DNA of 54,973 nt from Armatimonadota bacterium (GTDB lineage Bacteria; Armatimonadota; Armatimonadia; Armatimonadales; Armatimonadaceae). Below, one piece after another: positions 11,161 to 19,881 of the stretch. The DNA is taken from NCBI GenBank assembly GCA_043754515.1, contig JAYUUO010000039.1, positions 1-54,973 on the forward strand. The letters are read 5' to 3'. A model generated the notes under the pieces. It was given only the letters and a program-made list of their open reading frames with translations, was not told where the DNA came from and did not search any database. The position numbers and the translations under genes are program-made. Position 1 is the first letter of the stretch. Every line of letters starts with the position of its first letter.

Positions 11161-11503
11161 GTCTCGCGGCTATGTGGGGGCTTCCTTCTAATGGTAGGGA
11201 AACCTACCAATCCAAATACAGCCTCCGCCATCTCCGCGGGATGTTCCGGCTATGCGAATACTTCCTTCTATTCCTCGTAAGAGGTTCGACTGGTTAGCAG
11301 TGTTCGCGGTCTCCGGGGCAGGGCGAGAGATCGCTCCGGCGATTTCTCGGTTCCGGCTATACGAGGGCTTCCTTCTAACTTTTTGAAAAACCCAGCCTTC
11401 GTGCCTTCCGGAAACACTCCGGCTATGGGGATGCTTCCTTCTAAACTGCTCTATGAGCAGTTGCCTATTAAGCAACCAAATAGTGTCCCCTCTCCCCGGA
11501 GTG
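11161..11503 (+). ncRNA. tandem array of four structured RNA units (putative Y-RNA-like ncRNAs or cis-regulatory elements)
   Basis: Units at 11161-11242, 11242-11320, 11351-11413 and 11415-11503. Each is CGG-CTAT-N7-CTTCCTTCTA...A-[complement]-N5-CCG, with stems that covary between copies. Confidence 0.8.
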
Positions 11504-11525
11504 ACCAGATTCAGGAGACACACCT

Positions 11526-13616
11526 ATGAGCTACATAAACAACAAGATCTACCTGCGGCGCCGCTCCAAGATCGTCGTGCCGCCCACCGACGGCACGAGC
11601 GCACCGCTCCCGCTCGCCACCATCGCGGCAATGCTGAAGAACCTCGAATCGCTCGGTTACGGCTTTAGCGAGCCGCTCATAACCGCGTGCCGCGCACTCT
11701 CGCTCGATCAGTTGACCGCGCTCTATTCCGAGGTGATCGCCGAGCTACGGAGCGGCAAGGGCGCGGACAAAGCGTTCAAGCCTATGTACCCGAACTTCCC
11801 GAAGCAGGTCATGGAGATGTCCCGCGCCCAGTTGTATATCAACGCCATCGTTCACTACTGGTCGGAGGGCAAACTGTTTCCGAAGTCCGAGGTGAAGGAG
11901 CGGTTTCCGCTACTCGACAACACCGAGCTACGGATGATTGACTTCGGCACGCAAGCCGATTTCGGCGCACTCTTCGGGCAGTTGGTCGGCGCGAATTCAT
12001 CCCTAGCGGCTACGGATCAGGAAGACATCGTGTGGTTCGTGGAGTCGTACAAGGACGAAATCGGCGGACTGATGCCGGAAGTCATCCCGCAGAAGGAGGC
12101 CGTGGCGTTCCTCGCTACCTGGCTGATAGCGTACACCACGGACGCCGCGCCGTTCCTGACCCGTTACGTCAAGACCGCGACGGACGTGTTGCGTCTCGCC
12201 GTCTCGCTATCGGGCGGCGACGTCTCGCTCGCGGCAGTCACGAAGTTCAAGGCGTTCGCGCGGCCGGAGCGTCGCCTGCTGTTGACACTACTGGAAGCGA
12301 TTCCAAACGCGACCGAGGATATGCTACGCTACAAGAACCGCTGGATCCGGCTCGGCGAACGGTTGCACCCCGGCGAGTTCAAAGCCCGGTTCCCGAAGGC
12401 GATGAAGACGTTCTCGGTACTACGAAATGACACGCCGTTCGAGACGTTCAACGGCGCAGTGGAAGTCGCGCTCTCGAAACGGGATGTGGCGGCCGCGCTC
12501 GCGAAACTGTCCACGCACCCTGGCGATTTCGCACGCCGACTCGATCACCTGTTGCGACTCGATAAAGTAACCCAGGACGCGGTAATCGCCGCGTTCGCGG
12601 ATGTCGCGCCGAACGTTTCGACGCCGGTACTACTCCAGGTAAAGCATCATTTCGCCGTCCGCCCGAACCCATCCGCGCTCCGCGTGTTCTTTCCGAAGGG
12701 CATCGTGGCGAAGGCGCACGGGGAGGTTAATACCCTTCCCACGCTCCCCGGCTCGGTATGTAGCGCGGTCGTGTCGGCGTGCGAGGCGTCGCTCGTCGCC
12801 CGGTTCGCGGAGTTAGCACCATTCGGCAAGGTGTACGTTGACCCGGAACTGGTCAACTACATGGTGCCGTTCGCGCTCCGGTCAGCTAGCAGATCGCTCC
12901 GAACACTGGTGCGCGGGAGCAAACTGCCGATGCCGGACGGCGACGTGTTGCGGTTCTTCATCTGGTGGAAGAACGGCACGGACCGAACCGACCTGGACCT
13001 TTCCGCCGTAATGCTCAACGATGCCTTCGAGTATGTGGATCTGCTTTCGTACTACAACTTGAAGGGGTTCGGCGGCTGTCACAGCGGCGACATCGTGGAC
13101 GCGCCGAACGGGGCGAGCGAGTTTATTGACGTCACGCTCTCAAAGTTGCGCGAGGCGGGGGTGCGCTACCTGGTGATGAGCGTCAACAGCTACTCGCAAC
13201 AGCCCTTTGTGGAGTTACCGGAATGCTTCGCCGGTTGGATGGCGCGACAAGCCCCCGAATCGGGCGAAGTCTATGAGCCGCGCGTGGTGATTGACAAACT
13301 CGACCTGACCGCCGACACGAAAATCGCGGTGCCCGTGGTGTTCGATCTGGTCGGAAAGAAAGCGGTCTGGTGCGACATGGCACTGCGCTCACACCCGAAC
13401 TTCCGCAACAACGTCGCGGGTAACATCGGCGGCGTGACGGCGACGGTACGCTCGCTGGTCGAGATCGCCAAGCCGAACCTATACGACCTGCTGTTCCTAC
13501 ACGCGGCGGCGCGGGGCGAAGTCGTGACCACGCTCGAAGAGGCGGATACGGTATTCTCGGTGGCGAACGAGACGCCGTTCCGACTCGAAGAGATCGCGTC
13601 GCAGTTCATGGCGTGA
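11526..13616 (+). CDS. helical ROT/TROVE-like repeat protein with C-terminal TerD domain
   Basis: AGGAG RBS at 11513-11517. Motifs MYPNFP, TATDVLRLA, LGERLHPGE, PGDFARRLDHLLR. C-terminal TerD motifs RTDLDLSA and HSGDIVDAPNGASEFID. Confidence 0.8.
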   Translation: MSYINNKIYLRRRSKIVVPPTDGTSAPLPLATIAAMLKNLESLGYGFSEPLITACRALSLDQLTALYSEVIAELRSGKGADKAFKPMYPNFPKQVMEMSRAQLYINAIVHYWSEGKLFPKSEVKERFPLLDNTELRMIDFGTQADFGALFGQLVGANSSLAATDQEDIVWFVESYKDEIGGLMPEVIPQKEAVAFLATWLIAYTTDAAPFLTRYVKTATDVLRLAVSLSGGDVSLAAVTKFKAFARPERRLLLTLLEAIPNATEDMLRYKNRWIRLGERLHPGEFKARFPKAMKTFSVLRNDTPFETFNGAVEVALSKRDVAAALAKLSTHPGDFARRLDHLLRLDKVTQDAVIAAFADVAPNVSTPVLLQVKHHFAVRPNPSALRVFFPKGIVAKAHGEVNTLPTLPGSVCSAVVSACEASLVARFAELAPFGKVYVDPELVNYMVPFALRSASRSLRTLVRGSKLPMPDGDVLRFFIWWKNGTDRTDLDLSAVMLNDAFEYVDLLSYYNLKGFGGCHSGDIVDAPNGASEFIDVTLSKLREAGVRYLVMSVNSYSQQPFVELPECFAGWMARQAPESGEVYEPRVVIDKLDLTADTKIAVPVVFDLVGKKAVWCDMALRSHPNFRNNVAGNIGGVTATVRSLVEIAKPNLYDLLFLHAAARGEVVTTLEEADTVFSVANETPFRLEEIASQFMA

Positions 13617-13640
13617 CGCGTAACCCCTATCCTGCATCTA

Positions 13641-13682
13641 CTCCCCCTCTTCCGGGACGGAGAGGGGGCCGGGGGGGTGAGG
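13641..13682. repeat. REP-like palindromic element between convergent genes
   Basis: CCCCCTCTTCC-GGGAC-GGAGAGGGGG hairpin followed by CCGGGGGGGTGAGG, the shape of widespread intergenic CCCCTCTCC...GGAGAGGGG..GGGGTGAGG repeats. Confidence 0.6.
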
Positions 13683-13703
13683 TCACGGAATGGGCAAGGG
13701 CGG

Positions 13704-15569
13704 TCACTCCCCTCGCTCGTCCTTGATCCGCTCGTCTAGCACCCGAGCCGCCTCGGTAATCGTTTTGCCGCCGACTATGGAACGCGCGACGCTTGACATG
13801 GCGGCTTCGGCGAGTGACCGTCCGGCGAGATCAAGCGCGTCCATTCTTGCCCTGATGCCTGAATGGTCGGCGGCGACGTCCCGGGCCTCGCGAAGTTCGG
13901 TCAGGGCGGTCTCCACTTTTTGACGATCGGCTTCGGGTATGTCCTGACCATAGCCCGCGAGCAGTTTGGTCGCGCCGAGCATCGCGGAGTCCGCCTCGTT
14001 GCGCATGTCGGCGAGCATTCGCGCCTTGAAATCCTCGTCCGCGTTGACGAACGATTCGCGCACCATCCGCCGTACCTCCCCTTCCGCCAGCCCGTATGTC
14101 GGCTTGACGCGAACGTCGGTCCGGGCACCGGAACGCGACTCGGTCGCGGACACGCGCAGGATGCCGTTCATGTCGAGAAAAAACGTCACCTCGATCTTCG
14201 GGATGCCGGCGGGCATGGGCGGGATGCCGCGCAGTTCGATACGCGCGAGTGATCGGTTGTCGGTCGCCATCTCCCGTTCACCCTGCACAACGTGAAGGAG
14301 TACCACCGTTTGGCCGTCCACGCTCGTGGTGAACTCTTCCTTCGCGGAAGACGGGATTTTGCTGTTGCGGAACAGGAGTTTTTCAGTCGCGCCACCCATC
14401 GTTTCGATGCCGAGTGATAGCGGTGTGACGTCCAGGAGCAGAAGGTCGGTGCGCCCGGAGGCCAGTATGTCGGCCTGCACTGCGGCACCGAGCGCGACCA
14501 CTTCGTCGGGGTTCAGTTCCACGTGTGGCGGCTTTCCGAAAAGGGTTTGTACGGCGTCGCGGACGGAGGGCACGCGCGTCGAGCCACCGACGAGCACCAC
14601 CTCGTCAATATCGGCGGGGGCTAATCCCGCATCGGCGAGTGCCTGGCGGCACGGGGCGAGCGTCTGTTCTATGAGTGGCGCAATCAGCGATTCGAGCTCC
14701 GCCCGCGTCATCTCGAGTGCGAACGCCCCGCCGTCAGGCAACATGACTTCCAGAGTGGTTTGCGCATGTTCGGACAGACGCCGCTTCGCGCCTTCCGCCG
14801 CGATGCGTGTACTGGCACGTAGCTCCGGCGACGGGCCGACAATTCCGATCTTCTTTAGCAGAACGGCGGCAATAGCGTCGTCGAAGTCGTCACCGCCGAG
14901 GTGTGTGTTGCCGTTCGTGGCGAGAACGTCGAACACCCCGTCCTCCAGCCGCAGGATAGAAACATCGAAGGTACCGCCTCCCAGATCGTAGACAGCGATC
15001 GTGGCGTTTTTCTTGTTCTGCAAGCCGTACGCGAGACTTGCCGCCGTCGGCTCGTTCACCATGCGAACCACCTCAAGCCCCGCGATCTCACCCGCATCTT
15101 TGGTCGCCTGGCGCTGGGCGTCGTTGAAGTAGGCCGGCACCGTGACCACCGCTTTCGTGACGCTTTCGCCGAGGCTTGCTTCCGCGCGATGCTTTAACGC
15201 GCGGAGTACATAGGCGGCGACCTCGGGCGCGGTAACAGTAGTGGATCCGAGGTTGATCGTCGCCACATCGCCGCGCTCGGGGACCAGCGAGTAAGACAGA
15301 TTTTGTGTTTCCGCTTCGACATCCGCGTGCCCCTTCCCCATCAGCCGCTTCGCGCTGTAGATGGCGCGGGACGGATTGGTGACAAGGTGCTGTCTCGCGC
15401 CGGAACCGACGACGGGCGTGCCGCCGCCTGCGGGGAAGTAGACGACAGATGGTAGCAACGTCTCACGAGTCGCTCTGTCCGCCAGTATTCGCGGAACCCC
15501 TTCCTCTGTGACGGCGACTAGGGAGTTAGTAGTGCCGAGGTCAATGCCTACGATGCGCGGATTATTCAT
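13704..15569 (-). CDS. Hsp70-family chaperone (HscA-like DnaK paralog)
   Basis: [49 protein letters not shown]. The C-terminus looks more HscA-like than DnaK-like. Confidence 0.88.
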   Translation of the reverse strand: MNNPRIVGIDLGTTNSLVAVTEEGVPRILADRATRETLLPSVVYFPAGGGTPVVGSGARQHLVTNPSRAIYSAKRLMGKGHADVEAETQNLSYSLVPERGDVATINLGSTTVTAPEVAAYVLRALKHRAEASLGESVTKAVVTVPAYFNDAQRQATKDAGEIAGLEVVRMVNEPTAASLAYGLQNKKNATIAVYDLGGGTFDVSILRLEDGVFDVLATNGNTHLGGDDFDDAIAAVLLKKIGIVGPSPELRASTRIAAEGAKRRLSEHAQTTLEVMLPDGGAFALEMTRAELESLIAPLIEQTLAPCRQALADAGLAPADIDEVVLVGGSTRVPSVRDAVQTLFGKPPHVELNPDEVVALGAAVQADILASGRTDLLLLDVTPLSLGIETMGGATEKLLFRNSKIPSSAKEEFTTSVDGQTVVLLHVVQGEREMATDNRSLARIELRGIPPMPAGIPKIEVTFFLDMNGILRVSATESRSGARTDVRVKPTYGLAEGEVRRMVRESFVNADEDFKARMLADMRNEADSAMLGATKLLAGYGQDIPEADRQKVETALTELREARDVAADHSGIRARMDALDLAGRSLAEAAMSSVARSIVGGKTITEAARVLDERIKDERGE

Positions 15570-15623
15570 GTGCCCAGTTTACCGCAAACCGGTAATAGGG
15601 TAGCATATCCCGAGGACTCCCCT

Positions 15624-16739
15624 ATGATTATCGGCCGCTTAATTCTCGCATTCGTCTCCGCTCTGTCCCGAATATTCCCCAGCATCAAGTCGCCGAAAGA
15701 AGTCAGCCCCATCCCCCCATCCCCCGCCGAACGCAGAGGGGGATCAAGTTCTCCTGCCTCTGATCCCGCGGCGCGTCCCGAAGCGGGGAAGGTAACCCAG
15801 GGAATGAAACAACATGATTCACACACCGTGGATATGTCACGGGTGAAAGGAATTTTCGGGTATGCGAAGGAGCTATTCAAGCGTTTCTCCGGTGATCAGT
15901 GCGCGGCGTGGGCGGCGTCGCTATCGTTCTTCTCCATACTCTCGCTCCCCGCCGTACTCTTATGCGGCTTGTCGGTGCTAGGGTTTATTATGACGCCCGC
16001 GCAGGCGGTGGAGCAGACGCAAAAAGTGGTCGAGCGAGTGCTACCCGGACAGGAGGCGCAGAAGTCCGTGCAAAAGATCATGGACGATATGCACGTCAAG
16101 GAGAATGTCGAGAAGACCGCCGCCGAAGCCAAAAAGAAAAGTTGGACCACGGGATTGATCGGCTTCGCGCTCCTGCTCTGGTCGGCGATACAGATTTTTG
16201 TGAATGCCTCTATGCCGATGAATACGGCTTTCCGCGCCGAGGAGTCGCGCGGGTTCATTAAACTCCGGCTGGTCGCGCTCGCCCTGCTGATCGGGTGCGG
16301 ATTGCTGTTCGTCGTATCACTCGTGCTAACCGGTGGCGTCTCCCTGATCGAGTCGCAACAACTGCCGTTCTTCGGCGGCATCCCCCATTTCGTGCTCAAC
16401 CTCATCTCTTGGGTCGTGGGAATCTCGGTCAACACCGCTCTGTTTACACTGATTTATCGTTATGTCCCCTCCCCGAGCGCGAATGTGACCTGGAAGAACG
16501 CGGCCATCGGCGGCATAGTGGCGGCGGTCTTGTGGGAGGGTGCGAAGCAGGGATTCGCCTTGTACCTGCACAATATGGGCGGGGCACAGGGCTACGGCAA
16601 AGTGTACGGCTCGCTAGGCGGCCTGGTGCTACTCGTCCTATGGATCTACTACACATCCATGATTCTGCTACTCGGCGCGGAGATCGCGAAACTCTACAGC
16701 GACGCGCAGGTCGGCGGAGCGGTTCCGTCCGCGGAGTAG
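15624..16739 (+). CDS. YihY/BrkB family inner-membrane protein (start uncertain, 15624 or 15804)
   Basis: AASLSFFSILSLP, multiple TM helices, YGSLGGLVLLVLWIYY..ILLLGAE. Confidence 0.88.
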   Translation: MIIGRLILAFVSALSRIFPSIKSPKEVSPIPPSPAERRGGSSSPASDPAARPEAGKVTQGMKQHDSHTVDMSRVKGIFGYAKELFKRFSGDQCAAWAASLSFFSILSLPAVLLCGLSVLGFIMTPAQAVEQTQKVVERVLPGQEAQKSVQKIMDDMHVKENVEKTAAEAKKKSWTTGLIGFALLLWSAIQIFVNASMPMNTAFRAEESRGFIKLRLVALALLIGCGLLFVVSLVLTGGVSLIESQQLPFFGGIPHFVLNLISWVVGISVNTALFTLIYRYVPSPSANVTWKNAAIGGIVAAVLWEGAKQGFALYLHNMGGAQGYGKVYGSLGGLVLLVLWIYYTSMILLLGAEIAKLYSDAQVGGAVPSAE

Positions 16740-16847
16740 ATCTTTGCCTCTCTTCCGCATCCGGGGTAAACACGCTGGTATGGCACCGAGCGCGCGATCA
16801 CCGCCACGGTGACGGGCAGGCGGTACGCTCGGAAAGTAGCCCCACGC

Positions 16848-17156
16848 ATGGAAATCAGCAACACAAATGAGCGGATCGTGTCCGCCCATTCCGACCTGGC
16901 CGGTTCGTCCTTCACCGATGTCAGTTTGCAAGGTTCGTCATTCGAGGACGTTAATTTGTCCGGCGCGACGTTTCACAATATCAACCTTGCGCAGACCAAG
17001 ATCTCGGACGTTAATCTTTCCGGCGTCACCATCACAAACTGCAATATGGGCGGGATGATGATCGAGGGCGTTGCAATAGATGACCTTTTTAAGGCGTACG
17101 AAGGGCTACCAGTATCGCCCCCAAAGCGACTCTGTAGCTACTTCACTGGTGTTTGA
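16848..17156 (+). CDS. pentapeptide repeat protein
   Basis: Runs of (S/A)(D/N)LxG-type pentapeptides. Confidence 0.8.
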   Translation: MEISNTNERIVSAHSDLAGSSFTDVSLQGSSFEDVNLSGATFHNINLAQTKISDVNLSGVTITNCNMGGMMIEGVAIDDLFKAYEGLPVSPPKRLCSYFTGV

Positions 17157-17205
17157 TGATCCATGAGAAATGCGCGGTTATTGGCTGTCGATGCCGGAAT
17201 ATCCC

Positions 17206-17258
17206 CGTCCGAAGGACGTCCGGCACGCAGTGTCTATAGCCGTGGGTTTTAACCCGCG
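17206..17258. repeat. degenerate REP-like palindromes
   Basis: CGTCC-GAA-GGACG and TATAGCCGTGGG-TTTTAA-CCCGCG hairpins between convergent genes. Confidence 0.45.
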
Positions 17259-17305
17259 TTGAGGCTTCTCCCACACATGGGACCGATACCAGGCTGACCC
17301 CACGT

Positions 17306-18160
17306 CTACGGCTGGGCGCGCCAACTATGCTTGGCCGTCCAGTCGAAGACCCGCTTCATTTTGCCGCAGTCGAAGACGGACGCGAACGGCGGGTGATCTG
17401 GCGCGATGCGAGCCGCCGCGTCCGCGCCGTGTCGCGCCGCCATCGCGTCCCGGAGCGGCACTGCGATGCACGTGTCTGCCGCCGCGACGAGAAATACTTC
17501 GTGACCCGTGGTCGTGCCCTCCACCGCGACGCGGAATGCCGACGCGACATCCCGCGCGTCCACGTAACTCCAGAAGTTGCCGCTCCCGCCGTTCGGGTAG
17601 TCGTCGCGCCGTTCTTGTAGCCAGTGGTACGTGTCCGGCATGATCACGTTGTTGATACGCAAACTCACTATTGGCATTCCGGGATAGCGCACCGCCATGG
17701 CGTCGCCGATCACCTCGCCGAGGTACTTACTCAGCGCATACGCGTTCGGCGAGTCGACCCGGTCCGTCTCGTCGAAGGGGAACCGTGGCGGCAACTGGGT
17801 CGTGGTTATCCAGCCAGTTGCCATCTCGCTACCCGCATATACGAACCGCTTGACGCCGCAATCCCCTGCGGCCTGGAGCACCGCATAGGTGCTCATCACG
17901 TTGTTCTGAAACACCTGCTGGCGCGGGTTCCCGCCTGGTGACGGGTTCGCCCCCAGATGACAGACCGCCTCCGGGCGCGCCTGGAAGAACGCGTCGTATA
18001 CCTCGCCCGCGTCCGTCAGGTCGAGCCGGATTAGGCTGCCCGGCAGACTCTCGCATGGGGCTTGGAGATCCAGATTCGTCACCTCGTGCCCCGCGCCTGC
18101 CAGTTCCCGCACCACGTACGCACCTGCTCTACCGCTCCCACCGGTTACCACTACTCGCAT
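17306..18160 (-). CDS. NAD-dependent epimerase/dehydratase (extended SDR)
   Basis: TGGSGRAG and YALSK motifs. Confidence 0.88.
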   Translation of the reverse strand: MRVVVTGGSGRAGAYVVRELAGAGHEVTNLDLQAPCESLPGSLIRLDLTDAGEVYDAFFQARPEAVCHLGANPSPGGNPRQQVFQNNVMSTYAVLQAAGDCGVKRFVYAGSEMATGWITTTQLPPRFPFDETDRVDSPNAYALSKYLGEVIGDAMAVRYPGMPIVSLRINNVIMPDTYHWLQERRDDYPNGGSGNFWSYVDARDVASAFRVAVEGTTTGHEVFLVAAADTCIAVPLRDAMAARHGADAAARIAPDHPPFASVFDCGKMKRVFDWTAKHSWRAQP

Positions 18161-18164
18161 CAGA

Positions 18165-19637
18165 TCAGTACCCTTCTATGCCCGCGACAAATTTATCATA
18201 CGCCGCGTCGAATCGCGCCGTCTCGCCCGCGTCCGGCTCGTAGACTTCGGGACGCACGGAGTTGCGCACCCAGCGTCGTACGTCCGCGAGCGTGCCTAGT
18301 TTACCCGCCGCACGGGCTTGCAATAACACGTTGCCCAGCGCAGTCGCTTCTACCGGCCCCGCGAGCACCAACAGCCCCGTTGCGTCCGCCGCGATCTGGT
18401 TCAGTAGGCGGTTCTGAGAACCACCGCCTACTATGTGGAGCGTGTGAATGGTCCGCCCGGTGACCCGTTCCAACTGCTTCAGCACAAGGCGATACTTGAG
18501 AGAGAGCGAATCGAGGCAACAGCGGATGGTCGCGCCGATCCCCTCCGGCGACGTTTGCCCGGTCGCGATACAGAGTTCGCGTATCGCCCGTGGCATGTCA
18601 TCCGGCGCGAGAAGAGACGGGTGATCGGGGTCAACGAACGATGCCAGCGGCTTCGCCTCCCCCGCGAGCCGCGTCAACTGGTCGTATGTTCGGTCCGAGC
18701 CGAGGCGCGCGTAGGCACGGCGACACTCCTGCACCAGCCACAGACCGCCAATGTTCTTCAAGAGGCGGATGGTATCGCAAACCCCGCCCTCGTTGGTCAG
18801 GTTCGCGGCGAGTGCGGCGGGGGTGAGTATCGGCGCGGGGATCTCGACCCCGAGGAGAGACCAGGTACCCGACGAAAGGTACGCCCAGCCCTCCCCCGAT
18901 TCGGCGGGGACGGCGGCGACCGCGCACGCGGTGTCGTGTCCCCCAGGCGCGGTGACGGGGATCGCGCCCGCCTCGAACTGCGGCAGAAGCGTGCCGTAAG
19001 TGGTACCGTCCTTCACCACTCGCGGCAGTATTCGCGCGGGGATACCAAGCGGTTCCAGTATCTCCGTCGCCCACGTTTGTGTCACCGAGTCGTACATTTG
19101 CGACGTCGAGGCGATGGTGTACTCGCTCTGCGCGACGCCCGTGAGGTAGTAGTGGAGCAAATCGGGGATCATCAGGAGCGTGTCGGCGGCGTCTAAAAGG
19201 CGCGGCGTCTGTTCGGCCGCGGCGGCGAGTTGAAACAGCGTGTTGATCTGAATCGTCTGTAAGCCGGAGCGGGCGAACACGGTCTCGCGCGAGACTTTCG
19301 CATAAACCTTCTCGATCATGCCATCGTTGCGATGGTCGCGGTAGTGGCGCGGCAGGGCGACCAGATTGCCCCCACTGTCCAGCAGGCCATAATCTACTCC
19401 CCAGGTGTCCGCGCCGATTCCCGCCAGGGTCCCCTCTTCGGACGCCTTGCCGATGATGGTGCCGATTTCGGAGACGATGCGCGGCAGATCCCAGTGGAGC
19501 GCGTCCCCGAGCCGCACCGCGCCGGTCGGGAACCGGTGTACCTCCTCAATAGACACGGTCTCGTGGGCAGGGTCAACCGTGCCGACCACGCCGCGCCCCG
19601 ACTCCGCCCCCATATCCAGTGCCAGAAAACGCTCCAT
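18165..19637 (-). CDS. rhamnulokinase/fuculokinase (FGGY family)
   Basis: LALDMGAESGR, DTWGVDY, GHDTA, SSGTWSL, NEGG, VGGGS. Start ATG 19637. Confidence 0.9.
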   Translation of the reverse strand: MERFLALDMGAESGRGVVGTVDPAHETVSIEEVHRFPTGAVRLGDALHWDLPRIVSEIGTIIGKASEEGTLAGIGADTWGVDYGLLDSGGNLVALPRHYRDHRNDGMIEKVYAKVSRETVFARSGLQTIQINTLFQLAAAAEQTPRLLDAADTLLMIPDLLHYYLTGVAQSEYTIASTSQMYDSVTQTWATEILEPLGIPARILPRVVKDGTTYGTLLPQFEAGAIPVTAPGGHDTACAVAAVPAESGEGWAYLSSGTWSLLGVEIPAPILTPAALAANLTNEGGVCDTIRLLKNIGGLWLVQECRRAYARLGSDRTYDQLTRLAGEAKPLASFVDPDHPSLLAPDDMPRAIRELCIATGQTSPEGIGATIRCCLDSLSLKYRLVLKQLERVTGRTIHTLHIVGGGSQNRLLNQIAADATGLLVLAGPVEATALGNVLLQARAAGKLGTLADVRRWVRNSVRPEVYEPDAGETARFDAAYDKFVAGIEGY

Positions 19638-19676
19638 CGCTATGCCACCCGACAAACTGCTGATTTGTCGCTATGC

Positions 19677-19737
19677 CTTTCGTTTGCTTTCGCTTTACCA
19701 CTGCGACAGGATAGCGCGAAGGAGGCAGTGGCGTCAA
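19677..19737 (-). promoter_or_regulatory. sigma70 promoter of the kinase operon with a downstream direct-repeat operator candidate
   Basis: TTGACG (19737-19732), 18 nt, TATCCT (19713-19708). CTTTCGTTTG-CTTTCGCTTT at 19677-19696. Confidence 0.55.
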
Positions 19738-19881
19738 GGCGACGGGAAGTATGCCGGGCGCGGTCGCAGACCTGTCGACCGACGCGCCCAATTACACACC
19801 GCCTCCAAGCCTTCGAGCCGGAACGCGGTATAATCAAGCACCGCCATCGTCCGGCGGCAAACTCCTCCGTGCCGTTCTAAC

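Noticed and set aside
11161..11503. CRISPR array interpretation of the repeats
   Set aside because: The conserved parts are short and split, the variable parts pair with each other within each unit, the period is irregular (80, 107, 66 nt), and there are no cas genes in the window.
11161..11503. tRNA genes or a canonical type III antitoxin array
   Set aside because: No cloverleaf. A lone GTTCGA in unit 2 lacks a T-stem. Type III antitoxin repeats are near-identical, and the downstream protein does not resemble ToxN/CptN/TenpN.
11035..11523. ORFs 11035..11280 (+), 11188..11523 (-) and the N-terminal extension of 10671..11231
   Set aside because: No protein-like features. They overlap the structured array, which is better explained as non-coding.
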